Virus record (IMG/VR): IMGVR_UViG_3300009117_000047
Span: 19,877 to 83,876 of that record
DNA from: a virus
Strand: one strand, 5' to 3'
Length of the DNA: 64,000 nt
How positions within the stretch are numbered: position 1 is the stretch's first letter; each line of letters begins with the position of its first letter. The notes beneath the pieces were generated by a model. It searched no databases, was not told the DNA's origin, and was given only the letters and a program-made list of their open reading frames with translations. Shown here piece by piece: positions 49,490-59,036 of the stretch. A program made the translations under genes and the position numbers.

Positions 49490-49684
49490 TTATTGCATAA
49501 TTTTTATTCCGCAACCTTCACATATAGCGTGTAAATGACCATTAGTTTCAGCTTTAATACCCATAGCATTTCCTCCGCAAACAGGACACTCAAAATTGTA
49601 AGCCTTGCCTCTGTCTACTATTACTTCGTTGGCTATTGAAATAAACTTAAAAAGAATTTCTAAAGCTTTATCATCTTTGCTCAT
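49490..49684 (-). CDS. zinc-ribbon hypothetical protein
   Basis: CPVC...CEGC. Confidence 0.65.
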   Translation of the reverse strand: MSKDDKALEILFKFISIANEVIVDRGKAYNFECPVCGGNAMGIKAETNGHLHAICEGCGIKIMQ

Positions 49685-49844
49685 GATTTATTCTCCTTTA
49701 CTTTAACGCTATGAATTATATATGATTCCATGTTCTTCGCTTCATCTAAATCCTCTTCAAAACAGTATCTTAATGTTTCTTCTGTATTTTCTTTGTCATC
49801 TGCAAAATCTGTTTCTATGTCAATAATTAATTGTGTTCTAACTT

Positions 49845-50093
49845 TCATTCTAACACCTCCCCTACTTTACTATGTTTAGTCAACCAATAATAAATTTCAT
49901 GATTACAAATTCTATCTGTACAGTTTTCTGGATTACCACAAACAGCTTCACAAACACTTTCTGAAAATTTATCCATACCAATATAATTAACGATTTCATC
50001 ATTAGACATATCCTTTAATTTTTCATCAGAATGCAGTCCTAATTTACTCAAAATATTCTTATCAAGACATCTAATTTTATCAGCATTTGTCAT
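49845..50093 (-). CDS. hypothetical protein (MTNADKIR type)
   Basis: ORF track, SD. Confidence 0.65.
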   Translation of the reverse strand: MTNADKIRCLDKNILSKLGLHSDEKLKDMSNDEIVNYIGMDKFSESVCEAVCGNPENCTDRICNHEIYYWLTKHSKVGEVLE

Positions 50094-50320
50094 TTTGCCC
50101 CTCCTTAACTTTTATGTACTATATATTGTATTATTAAATGTAAATTGTTACAATATATAGTGTTAATACCCCAATAAAATTGCCATTCTATTGCTTGTTA
50201 GCATTCGTAGCAAATCGCACAATTGCTTGTGCTTATGACTACAGGCATTAGATATGCCTCTATCCCATAACCATTAATAGTATTTGGGGAATACTTTAGT
50301 GTTACTCAATTCAGTATCAA

Positions 50321-51337
50321 TCACGCTGTTACCAGTTCATCAAAAGTCTTACCAAACTCTTTATCAACTCGTTTCAACACCTCGAAAAAATCTTCTTCGT
50401 GTTCTACCGAAATATACATCTTAACGGTAGTCTCATAGCTTTTATGATTCAACATTTTCTGAATTGTCACCAAATCTGTTCCCTTGGCATACATATCACT
50501 AGCAAACATATGTCTCATCATATGAGGATAAACGCCGTCTCCATATCTATCAAATTCATTCTTTAGCGACCTATAAGACAATCTATTCATTCTTACAGAC
50601 AAGAATAAAGCATTGTCATTCACCTTTATTTTCTTTCTCATTTCTACATATGGTCGGATATATTTAATTGCTTCTGTTCTTATTTTAATTCTCTTCCTTA
50701 CTTCCGTGTATCCTTTACGCATGGTCAGAACATAGGGTGATTCCTCGTCCAAATATATTCCATCAATGTCAATCCCAATCAATTCTTCTGATCTCATTCC
50801 AGTTGCAGCAAGCAATGTTATCATTGCCACATTTCTAACTTGCTTAAAATTATCGAGTATGTTATACAAATTACTCATAAAAGTGTTAATCTGAGTAGCA
50901 GTAGGGATTTCAACACTGTCAAACTCTCCATCCTCAACGCCTTCATCTTTATATTTTTGTCTAGCAATTGTTTTTGCTATATTATCATCTGCAATTTTAT
51001 AAATTTTGAAGTAATCCCAAAGAGAAGAAATAACTTTCTTTTTAGTTATTATTGTACTCATTGAGTTTTCGTTTTTTAAAGAATCAAGATAATTTGTAAT
51101 GTGTAAATCGTTAATTGGTTTCATATCATCTGGTTCAATTTTATCTATGCTATGTTTATTTATGATATTATTATTGATAAACCACTCAAACATATTGTTT
51201 ATAATACTAAAGTTAGTAATCTTTGTTGAGTTAGCTGGCAATCTTTCAAAATATTTTTGAAGGAACTCTGGATAATCTTTGATTTTTTCTTCAATTCTGA
51301 GGCTATCTTTCAACTCTCGTTCCTGTTTATAGCACAT
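50321..51337 (-). CDS. tyrosine recombinase/integrase (XerC/D-like) with intact catalytic set
   Basis: RNVAMITLLAATGMRSEEL (R), TMRKG (K), PHMMRH (HxxR), LNH, TTVKMY (Y). Confidence 0.9.
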   Translation of the reverse strand: MCYKQERELKDSLRIEEKIKDYPEFLQKYFERLPANSTKITNFSIINNMFEWFINNNIINKHSIDKIEPDDMKPINDLHITNYLDSLKNENSMSTIITKKKVISSLWDYFKIYKIADDNIAKTIARQKYKDEGVEDGEFDSVEIPTATQINTFMSNLYNILDNFKQVRNVAMITLLAATGMRSEELIGIDIDGIYLDEESPYVLTMRKGYTEVRKRIKIRTEAIKYIRPYVEMRKKIKVNDNALFLSVRMNRLSYRSLKNEFDRYGDGVYPHMMRHMFASDMYAKGTDLVTIQKMLNHKSYETTVKMYISVEHEEDFFEVLKRVDKEFGKTFDELVTA

Positions 51338-51356
51338 TTAATCACTTCCTTTTAGA

Positions 51357-51554
51357 TTATCTCTTCATGTCATTTTTAATAAATCTAATTTGCTCTTCTA
51401 ATACATACATGATAGATTCTTTGAACGTATCTAACCTATCAGCACTAATTCCTTTTCTTAATACCTCTTCAGATAATAATGCTGTAAACCTGTTATTTAC
51501 TTCTTGTTGTAGATATACAACTCTTTTTGCTACTTTTGCTTGCTTTTCATCCAA
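51357..51554 (-). CDS. hypothetical protein
   Basis: ORF track, SD+TTG. Confidence 0.65.
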   Translation of the reverse strand: MDEKQAKVAKRVVYLQQEVNNRFTALLSEEVLRKGISADRLDTFKESIMYVLEEQIRFIKNDMKR

Positions 51555-51592
51555 ACTAAACCCTCCTTAAAATAAACCTTTTATTCACCCGT

Positions 51593-51871
51593 CTACTTAT
51601 CATATTGTGACTCAATCATCATTCGATAAATCACCTCTAAATCTTCAGTGCACTCGTCTCTATTAATACACCAGTTACATTCAGTGCATTTAAATCCATG
51701 AAGGTCGCTAGGCTGAGGTTTGGTTTTAGTTATCCTACCAAACTTTCCAGTCTTAGGATTAATTTTTCGTCTTTCCTCTAAATAAAATTCGTACCAATAT
51801 TCAATTTTTTCTCCACACTCAGGACAAACATATTTATCACACATATAGATCATCTCTCCGTTTTCAATCAT
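51593..51871 (-). CDS. zinc-ribbon hypothetical protein
   Basis: CPEC...CTEC. Confidence 0.65.
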   Translation of the reverse strand: MIENGEMIYMCDKYVCPECGEKIEYWYEFYLEERRKINPKTGKFGRITKTKPQPSDLHGFKCTECNWCINRDECTEDLEVIYRMMIESQYDK

Positions 51872-52085
51872 CCTCTAATAAATTTACGCCATAAACATCT
51901 TCCACTGTCTCTAATAAAAGATATCCATACCCTCCTAAAAGACCATTCCAAATACAATATGCATTAAAAGCGTCCTCTTTCTTCATTGTCATTATTTTTT
52001 TATCATCGCTAGTATCGTTCTTACCAAGTCCTCTTGATTGTCTTATCGCTTCCATTGTGTTTCTGCTATATGTTTTAGCTTTCAT
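51864..52085 (-). CDS. hypothetical protein
   Basis: ORF track, SD. Confidence 0.65.
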   Translation of the reverse strand: MKAKTYSRNTMEAIRQSRGLGKNDTSDDKKIMTMKKEDAFNAYCIWNGLLGGYGYLLLETVEDVYGVNLLEDD

Positions 52086-52150
52086 TTTCTTTCACCTCAT
52101 AATTAATTGTATAATTTTAAATTAATGCATAAAATGTTGTATTTATCCTT

Positions 52151-52504
52151 CTATTCTTTAAACATTGTCCAATCTCCACCAGAGTATTTCTCTTTTAGTT
52201 CTTTTAATTTAATTCTTAATTCTGATATTTTTTCAAAAATATATCTTTCGTCTCTCTGTGTGCCGTCTGGATATCTTTTTATCAACAAAATTATTTTATT
52301 TTTGCCGTCTCTTCTAACTCCTCCCAACAATTTAAAATCATTTTCATTTTCATATTTCTCAATTTGTTTAATTCTTGACTTAGAACTAAGAACAAAATCA
52401 TCTAAATTTTTCTGCATTATTTCTATTTCTTTTTCAAAAATATTTTTATACATGTCAAGTTCCCTTTGACAAAATACATTCTTTACTTTATCATTAAAGT
52501 CCAT
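52151..52504 (-). CDS. hypothetical protein
   Basis: ORF track, SD. Confidence 0.7.
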   Translation of the reverse strand: MDFNDKVKNVFCQRELDMYKNIFEKEIEIMQKNLDDFVLSSKSRIKQIEKYENENDFKLLGGVRRDGKNKIILLIKRYPDGTQRDERYIFEKISELRIKLKELKEKYSGGDWTMFKE

Positions 52505-52532
52505 ATTAACTCCTCCATAAAATCTTTTGCGT

Positions 52533-52982
52533 TTATTTGTCTTTGATAATTACTACACCACCAAATTTTTCATAAACATCTTTCATTGTCGCTCTAATAA
52601 CCATTGGCACATCTTGCTCAGGATTAGTTGGTATATAATAAAATCCTTCGTCATCACAATCATTTTCATCAACATATCCTCCGAAATGATTGATGATTTT
52701 TTTCATAATATCTATACTGTCTCCCCTGTAGCCAAGTGAAAGCCAAACATAATTTTTATCATCATCTGTAAAATCTAATCCTTTATACTCGTTTCTTTCG
52801 CTGTCATGGTCACAAATAATAGACATGGTTCTATTTTGAAAATATATTCTGTCAACCGCAATTCTTCCACCAAAATCATCTTTATTAAATTCTGCGGATG
52901 AATCTATTTTTGTATAAATAAAGTTATAAACTTCTTCAGATGATACCTTCTTATTGATAATGCCTTTAGTATCGGTACTCAT
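52533..52982 (-). CDS. hypothetical protein
   Basis: ORF track, SD. Confidence 0.7.
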   Translation of the reverse strand: MSTDTKGIINKKVSSEEVYNFIYTKIDSSAEFNKDDFGGRIAVDRIYFQNRTMSIICDHDSERNEYKGLDFTDDDKNYVWLSLGYRGDSIDIMKKIINHFGGYVDENDCDDEGFYYIPTNPEQDVPMVIRATMKDVYEKFGGVVIIKDK

Positions 52983-53022
52983 ATCAAACCCTCCTCATAA
53001 AATCTGCTTTTTAACTATACGT

Positions 53023-53214
53023 TTAAGCTGCTACTACTTCACATTTTAACACACTTCTCATTTCTCCTACAACGGTTTCTATACTATCATCAGCCCAATT
53101 GTACAATTCTATTTTGATTTTGTGATATAGACTAATTACTTCTTGTTCTGGTTTATCTGTAAAGAAAATTGTTTTTAATTGTTTAATCTTAACCCCTGTG
53201 TTCATGTTGTTCAT
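53023..53214 (-). CDS. hypothetical protein
   Basis: ORF track. Confidence 0.6.
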   Translation of the reverse strand: MNNMNTGVKIKQLKTIFFTDKPEQEVISLYHKIKIELYNWADDSIETVVGEMRSVLKCEVVAA

Positions 53215-53403
53215 ATTATCATCCTTTCATTATGTTATCTTCCGAGTCTAATTTTTTCTTCAATCAACTTATAAATCACATATAAAACGCATAATATTTC
53301 CATCTCAAAGTCCTCCTTATAGTTTTATTGTTAATTGTAATTCTAAAACTCAATCGGATGCACCAGAGTTGATACATCCTGTTCAGCTTACGAATGGTAA
53401 AAT

Positions 53404-53433
53404 AAAAAAGACTGAATAATTTATCAGTCTTTT
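53404..53433 (-). terminator. intrinsic terminator (possibly bidirectional)
   Basis: AAAAGACTGA-8-TCAGTCTTTT with U6 on minus strand. Confidence 0.8.
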
Positions 53434-53455
53434 AACAGTGTATTTATTCCAGTGT

Positions 53456-53707
53456 TCATAATTTTTCAATGCCGTAAACATAATCAAATGGGACGTTTTC
53501 GTTTTCATCATCGCCACCTAAAGCAATTTCAATTTCATTAAAATCCAGTCCAACAATTTTACCATCAAAGGTGCAATCTGAAAGATGAAGTTTTACATTA
53601 TCATTAATACTTAATTGTACCGTTTTCCCTTCAAATCCGTAATCTGTCCCCGTATATTCAATTGATAATATTTTTACATTGCTCATAATTAAACCTCCTT
53701 TATACAT
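53456..53707 (-). CDS. hypothetical protein
   Basis: ORF track; start probably MSNV. Confidence 0.6.
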   Translation of the reverse strand: MYKGGLIMSNVKILSIEYTGTDYGFEGKTVQLSINDNVKLHLSDCTFDGKIVGLDFNEIEIALGGDDENENVPFDYVYGIEKL

Positions 53708-53719
53708 AAATTAAGTATT

Positions 53720-54034
53720 TTATCTAATATGTGATATCGCATCATTTACCCTTTTTAATGTTTCTCTTCTACCATCAAATTCGCCTGATGAATAACCTTC
53801 CAGATAGCCATCAACAAACGCCTGAATAACCTTTAGGGTATTTTCTTCTTGATCCTCACCAAACTCTATGGAGCAAAATACCCTCTGTAATTTATTCTTA
53901 TAATTTTGTTGATCTGATTCATAAACATCAATATATGGAAGTTCTTTATCTGTCCAAGTATTTATTCTTGCATAAAAATTAGTATTTCCAAATCTAATTA
54001 TGTCATTTGACACCCAACTTAATTTAGTTTCCAT
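53720..54034 (-). CDS. hypothetical protein
   Basis: ORF track, SD. Confidence 0.7.
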   Translation of the reverse strand: METKLSWVSNDIIRFGNTNFYARINTWTDKELPYIDVYESDQQNYKNKLQRVFCSIEFGEDQEENTLKVIQAFVDGYLEGYSSGEFDGRRETLKRVNDAISHIR

Positions 54035-54062
54035 TATTAGTCCTCCTCTTAAAATCTACAAT

Positions 54063-54362
54063 TTATTCCCACTCGTTTCCGTTACATTCACCAATTTTAT
54101 AAGATACCAATTCAACATTATTTTTGACTAGAAATTTTTTCAAATTTTCTTTTCTTCTGTTATCAAAAATGCTTTTAATAATACCTTGCGCCATCTCGTA
54201 ACCATATACAAAAATCTCTGTAATCTTTGATTGTTCATCATATGCATGTTTAATATTTGTCACTTCAATATCGTTACTCCACAAATAATCTACTAGGCTG
54301 ACATCTGGTTTATTTAATATTTCGTTTGTGTTCCCTTTGCATTTTAAAGTAATTGTATCCAT
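54063..54362 (-). CDS. hypothetical protein
   Basis: ORF track, SD. Confidence 0.7.
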   Translation of the reverse strand: MDTITLKCKGNTNEILNKPDVSLVDYLWSNDIEVTNIKHAYDEQSKITEIFVYGYEMAQGIIKSIFDNRRKENLKKFLVKNNVELVSYKIGECNGNEWE

Positions 54363-54592
54363 AATAATTTAACCTCCAATTTTATAATATATCTATTGTT
54401 ATATTATACCTCAGCATACCTTCCAAAGATAGCCTTTTTCTTATTTCCCTTGGTATGATATGTAAAAATTTTCTTGCCCATGAATTCTAATATATCTCCG
54501 TGTCTTGGGCTTTCTTCTAACTCAATAGTTCCTATTGGACTACCGCCAACAACTAGTTTATATTTGTTCATGTAAACTCCTCCTGTTCTATA

Positions 54593-54997
54593 TCAAATGT
54601 TAATTTTGCTTTCTAATAACTCCCATTCATTTGCACTAATTCCACCGCAGTCACGCTTTTCTTGTAGATTGTAGTAACACTGCTTTAAATATCTATCGTT
54701 GTGCCAACCGTCAAATAAAAGGTCATATTCAATATAATTTCTATTATCGCATAAAGAATATACTTTATTTAATACTATATCCGAAGCTCTCATCCCTCTT
54801 CGTTTTCTTTCGTCGTAAATTAGTTTTGCGTATGTTGCTAAATGGTCAAATGAGTATAGTAAAGTTTTATTTACTAATAAATGATTTGGAGTTCCGTTTT
54901 TTAAAATACTTCCAGCTATTGCAGACAACTCACTCCATTGTCCTTTTAATTGTTGAATTGGTAGAACTGAAATTAAATCCTTGTGCCACAATCTCAT
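54593..54997 (-). CDS. pyrimidine-dimer DNA glycosylase (T4 endonuclease V-like)
   Basis: MRLWH..LI..LP.QQL.GQW.E...H.LV...E...RG. Confidence 0.8.
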   Translation of the reverse strand: MRLWHKDLISVLPIQQLKGQWSELSAIAGSILKNGTPNHLLVNKTLLYSFDHLATYAKLIYDERKRRGMRASDIVLNKVYSLCDNRNYIEYDLLFDGWHNDRYLKQCYYNLQEKRDCGGISANEWELLESKINI

Positions 54998-55043
54998 ATT
55001 ACATTACCCCCCTTATGTCAACTTAAAATTGCACTTTTATCGT

Positions 55044-55316
55044 TTAACCTAATTTTGTTAGTTCGTCTATCATCTGTTCTGCCTTATTTGCATCTACTGT
55101 TGCACGAAAATCATAAGTAATTACTGAAATGATTTCCCTTTCTTCATCCAACCCAATATACATTTTTTCATCGGTTAAAATACTTTTTATGACCATATAA
55201 TTATTAAAACAGAATGCTGGAAGCCTATCTAACAACAAATCTTCAGTCTGTTCTACAATTTGTATCAACTCTTCGTGCGTCATTCCAATTCTAATATCAA
55301 TTTCATCCAGTTTCAT
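55044..55316 (-). CDS. hypothetical protein
   Basis: ORF track, SD. Confidence 0.65.
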   Translation of the reverse strand: MKLDEIDIRIGMTHEELIQIVEQTEDLLLDRLPAFCFNNYMVIKSILTDEKMYIGLDEEREIISVITYDFRATVDANKAEQMIDELTKLG

Positions 55317-55326
55317 ATAAACCTCC

Positions 55327-55536
55327 CTACGAATGAATACTTAAAATCTCGTTCTTGTTTTCGTCAAATAGTGTACTACAAATTTTTGTGTGGTAACTAT
55401 GTAGTATATCCAGCATCTTGCTATGCACAATTAAAAGCTTGTCACCTGCCTGTTCTACGTTTTTACAAGTGTTTTCTATAACTGTTACCTTTACATCGTC
55501 ATTTTCGATACTTGATATTACAAATGTAAATGTCAT
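55327..55536 (-). CDS. hypothetical protein
   Basis: ORF track, SD. Confidence 0.6.
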   Translation of the reverse strand: MTFTFVISSIENDDVKVTVIENTCKNVEQAGDKLLIVHSKMLDILHSYHTKICSTLFDENKNEILSIHS

Positions 55537-55565
55537 CTCTTTTCCCCTCCTGCTGTCCTGTTATA

Positions 55566-55769
55566 TCATTCTAATACTAATCTTTTTGTTACGATGAAAT
55601 ATCCACCAATTAAGACAAAGGTAATTCCAATCAATGCGTCAAGTGTGATTGTGCAGGTAGCACCAATAAATAAAGCTGCTAGTCCCCATAAATTCTGTTT
55701 TCTTCTCAATCTGTTCTCATATTCTTTTTGCCTTAACTCATGTGTCGTTGGTCGCTGTGGATATTTCAT
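55566..55769 (-). CDS. small membrane protein
   Basis: Two C-terminal TM segments. Confidence 0.65.
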   Translation of the reverse strand: MKYPQRPTTHELRQKEYENRLRRKQNLWGLAALFIGATCTITLDALIGITFVLIGGYFIVTKRLVLE

Positions 55770-55989
55770 ATAAATTCTCCTCTCATAATCAAATGTAAAA
55801 TGTGTACTGTTTATAATGTTTCTGTTGCTACCTACCGCCTATATAAGACGGTAACGCTCATAGCTTAAAAGCCTATTATATACACGCTATGACGTGTTTT
55901 GTTGCTTGACTGCTTTCTTTTATACTAGGAAGCATAGACTAGCCTTAAACGCTTCATATCAGCGTTAAAATGCGACTTTTATTTAGATC

Positions 55990-56214
55990 CTAAAATGACG
56001 GACTGTCAAACATATAAGTACCATTTTGCTTATATATTTCATTCCACATATTGGCCACTCTATATGCTTCTGTTTTGTTCCATATGTTAGCTGTTACAAT
56101 TCCTTTAATGTCTAACACGGACAAAAGGCTAGTGTTGTCTGTTGTTTTAACAACGTAAGCATAATTTTTTTCGTTTTCTTTTATCTGTACTGCAATGTAA
56201 ATATTTTTATTCAT
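55990..56214 (-). CDS. hypothetical protein
   Basis: ORF track, SD. Confidence 0.65.
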   Translation of the reverse strand: MNKNIYIAVQIKENEKNYAYVVKTTDNTSLLSVLDIKGIVTANIWNKTEAYRVANMWNEIYKQNGTYMFDSPSF

Positions 56215-56259
56215 ATATATCTGCCCTCCTGTTATACTTAAAATCTATTTTTTATCGTG

Positions 56260-56442
56260 TTAATTGATGTTTAATCCTATTTTGCCTTCGTTAATTTCCC
56301 AACTTGAAAATTCACACATCAATAATTCATCTGGAATACTATCAAGTGATCCGTTATATACTTCTTCTTCTTTTTCATTATCCCATATATAGCAATCATA
56401 ATAGTTGTCAATTGATAAGTCGATAAAGTCTTGTAATGTCAT
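56260..56442 (-). CDS. hypothetical protein
   Basis: ORF track. Confidence 0.6.
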   Translation of the reverse strand: MTLQDFIDLSIDNYYDCYIWDNEKEEEVYNGSLDSIPDELLMCEFSSWEINEGKIGLNIN

Positions 56443-56443
56443 A

Positions 56444-56632
56444 TTAATACACCTCTTTCATTTTGTGTTCATAATCATATTCTTTTTTAATTTCTTCATT
56501 ATTGTATGCTACATCATGGTCAACTTTTGCGTTGTCTTCATCAACTATTAAAACTTCTATGTCTTCATCAAAAATATTTGTATAAACATTTTCAACCATT
56601 CCGCCACTTACTGTTATAATTATTTGTTTCAT
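56444..56632 (-). CDS. hypothetical protein
   Basis: ORF track. Confidence 0.6.
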   Translation of the reverse strand: MKQIIITVSGGMVENVYTNIFDEDIEVLIVDEDNAKVDHDVAYNNEEIKKEYDYEHKMKEVY

Positions 56633-56700
56633 ATTATCCTTCTTTCTAACGGTTTAGGCATACCGATAGCCACAAATAAGTTAAATTTACAATTTTATTA

Positions 56701-56970
56701 TCAATCTTCAATCATGTGTTCAATATGTTCCTTTTCCGTTATCCCTGAGGGTGTTTGACATGTCCCCATACAATAATCATATTCGTACCACTCAGCATCG
56801 TCATTCTGTAACGCTTCTAAAATGTGAATTGCAACTAGAAGACTATCTTCCTCGATTTTTTCTTTCGCAAAATCTTTTAATGTTTCATATGTTGTAATAT
56901 CGTCCCGTTCTTCGTTTAATTGTTCCATAATATCTTGGAAATTTTTATTGTTATATTCTTCTCTTGTCAT
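56701..56970 (-). CDS. acidic hypothetical protein
   Basis: ORF track, SD. Confidence 0.7.
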   Translation of the reverse strand: MTREEYNNKNFQDIMEQLNEERDDITTYETLKDFAKEKIEEDSLLVAIHILEALQNDDAEWYEYDYCMGTCQTPSGITEKEHIEHMIED

Positions 56971-57038
56971 GAGCTTACATCTCCTTTTTTATAGTTGATA
57001 TGGTTTAAAATAATAGTTTTATGGTAAAACAAGGCTGG

Positions 57039-58199
57039 TTATGCAGCCCTGTTCTGTTCAATCTTTTCAATAACTTTATTCCAATCTTCTTTAAATCTGA
57101 CAGGCAGTATCAAAAATGAATACTGTTCTCCATAAACCATCATAGGATGGAATTCACCATTTGCTTTAATTTCAATTTGTTCAGCATCAACAATTTTCAA
57201 TGCCTCACTTAAATATTGTGCATTAAACGCAAGCTTAAATTCCTTAGTAACTTGCAAATTTTTTGTTTCAATTTTATCAATAGTTTCAAATTTTTGTGTA
57301 GCACAATGAGAATAAATCCCTTCATTATTTCCGTACAAAACCATAAGCGTTATAGGTTTTTTAATTGTTTTGTCAGCTTTTAAAATGTCAAGGTTATACT
57401 TCACAACCTGCTCAAATTCTTTTGAGTCTGTTGTAAAAGAATGATCGTTTGTCATTGGTATAGTTTTTTCTACATCAATATATTCGCCTTCTACTTGCCT
57501 GTTATAGAAAGTAAAATCTTCCCCTTTTACACATACATATTTTTTATTAATACTTACTGCAATATCGCCTGTATTCTTTTCACTAATAGTCTTTTTAAGA
57601 CGGTTGTACGCTTCATTTTGTAATGTCACGTTGTTTTTATCATTGTCAATAATATTAAGGCTTACAAGTGATTTTAAGCCTATTCTATAACCATCTAGTG
57701 CTTCAGCTCTGTTGTGTTTCAAGTTGAAATTATAGCAAGTTAAAATAGGTTTTGTATCTCCTTGCATTGTCCATGAATATAAATTTTTCAATGCTTCTGC
57801 AAATTCTGACTCTTTCATTTTGAAAACTTCTGTCAATTCTTCCTCTGGAAAAGATGGAAAGCTTTCTGTGTCTTGCAAATTCATTTTCAAGGTTTTGTTA
57901 CCGTTTTTTACAATTAACTTTCCTTCTTGCTCTGTTAATTCAATTTCATTTTTCATTTTGAGTAATAAAGAAAAATCTTCGTTATTAATGCAAATTGTAC
58001 CGTCATTGACTGCTGTATATTCGCTTGTGGTTACTGTCAAAAACTGCTCTAGCGTAGTTGTATGAAAGCTTAAAATCTCGTTGATAGAGTTTAATTTAAT
58101 ACATTTCAAAGTTTCAATTTTTGATCTGTTGTCAATATTACAAAGTACCTTTTCTGTGATTGTTTTTAATTCTTTTGCGTCAATTTTGATTTTTAACAT
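57039..58199 (-). CDS. dnaN: DNA polymerase III beta sliding clamp
   Basis: 386 aa; ALDGYRI, GEYIDVEKTIP, LAFNAQYLSEAL, FLILPVR. Confidence 0.85.
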   Translation of the reverse strand: MLKIKIDAKELKTITEKVLCNIDNRSKIETLKCIKLNSINEILSFHTTTLEQFLTVTTSEYTAVNDGTICINNEDFSLLLKMKNEIELTEQEGKLIVKNGNKTLKMNLQDTESFPSFPEEELTEVFKMKESEFAEALKNLYSWTMQGDTKPILTCYNFNLKHNRAEALDGYRIGLKSLVSLNIIDNDKNNVTLQNEAYNRLKKTISEKNTGDIAVSINKKYVCVKGEDFTFYNRQVEGEYIDVEKTIPMTNDHSFTTDSKEFEQVVKYNLDILKADKTIKKPITLMVLYGNNEGIYSHCATQKFETIDKIETKNLQVTKEFKLAFNAQYLSEALKIVDAEQIEIKANGEFHPMMVYGEQYSFLILPVRFKEDWNKVIEKIEQNRAA

Positions 58200-58257
58200 G
58201 GTATTATCTCCTTTTCGTGTTCTAATGTTAATCTGAATAAAACCCTTCTTTTAACTG

Positions 58258-58506
58258 TTAAAATCCTCTTATTGCTCTCAACTCTGCCATCATCATATCA
58301 TCATATTTTTTGTAGCTTTCTTTATTAATAAATAACGGAAGATTTACTTCAGGTGACAATTTTCCACCATGAATGTCATATGCTAGACTACCAATTCTAA
58401 ACTTAATATTATTTTTAGTTAGCTTTTCCACTTCTTTATCTTTCATCATTGTAGAAATATTACCTACAAATACTTCGTTAACATTGCACTTTTCATAATA
58501 AGCCAT
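58258..58506 (-). CDS. hypothetical protein
   Basis: ORF track, SD. Confidence 0.7.
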   Translation of the reverse strand: MAYYEKCNVNEVFVGNISTMMKDKEVEKLTKNNIKFRIGSLAYDIHGGKLSPEVNLPLFINKESYKKYDDMMMAELRAIRGF

Positions 58507-58558
58507 TTTTATTCCTCCTTTTTTAACCTTAAAATTCTGCCTTTAAACGTTAAATTAA

Positions 58559-58768
58559 TTACTCGCATTTATATAAATAATCTGTTCCTTGTACATACAT
58601 AATGTGTTTAGGATGTTTACCATTCTCCAACTCACTAAGGATAAGTTTAGCAATTTGAGACAACTGCTTATATTGTTTAGAGTCTTTTCTTGCGGAATAT
58701 AATGTTTTTTCGGCTATAACTGAATGGTATCTATCCATAATTTCAAGGAGTTTTTCGCTTTTTGTCAT
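58559..58768 (-). CDS. hypothetical protein
   Basis: ORF track, SD. Confidence 0.65.
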   Translation of the reverse strand: MTKSEKLLEIMDRYHSVIAEKTLYSARKDSKQYKQLSQIAKLILSELENGKHPKHIMYVQGTDYLYKCE

Positions 58769-58781
58769 TGTTTACACCTCC

Positions 58782-59036
58782 TTAAATAATTTTTATAAAA
58801 TTCGCAGACAATAATTTTCCTTCAATTTCTTTTGCATTCTTACATCTTTGTAAAATCACGTTTCTCGTCCAGTTAGGGCGATTCAAGTTGTTTCTAAAAA
58901 ATTCCTTTTGAAATACTTTTATTCCTCCTGCATTCTCAAATATTGCTATTTTACAAGGCGTATTGCACATAGTAGGAATAGTCCCAGCGTATAAGGCAAT
59001 TAAATTTTTCATACTGTTATACCTCCAAGAATTCAA
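58782..59036 (-). CDS. hypothetical protein (start probably MKNL)
   Basis: ORF track. Confidence 0.6.
   Translation of the reverse strand: MNSWRYNSMKNLIALYAGTIPTMCNTPCKIAIFENAGGIKVFQKEFFRNNLNRPNWTRNVILQRCKNAKEIEGKLLSANFIKII

Larger units (their letters stand above)
9768..50163. promoter_or_regulatory. five tandem pairs of NrdR-box-like 16-mers
   Basis: Pairs at 9768/9799, 21067/21097, 33590/33622, 37119/37150, 50116/50148 (30-32 bp apart); match acaCwAtATaTwGtgt. Confidence 0.75.
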
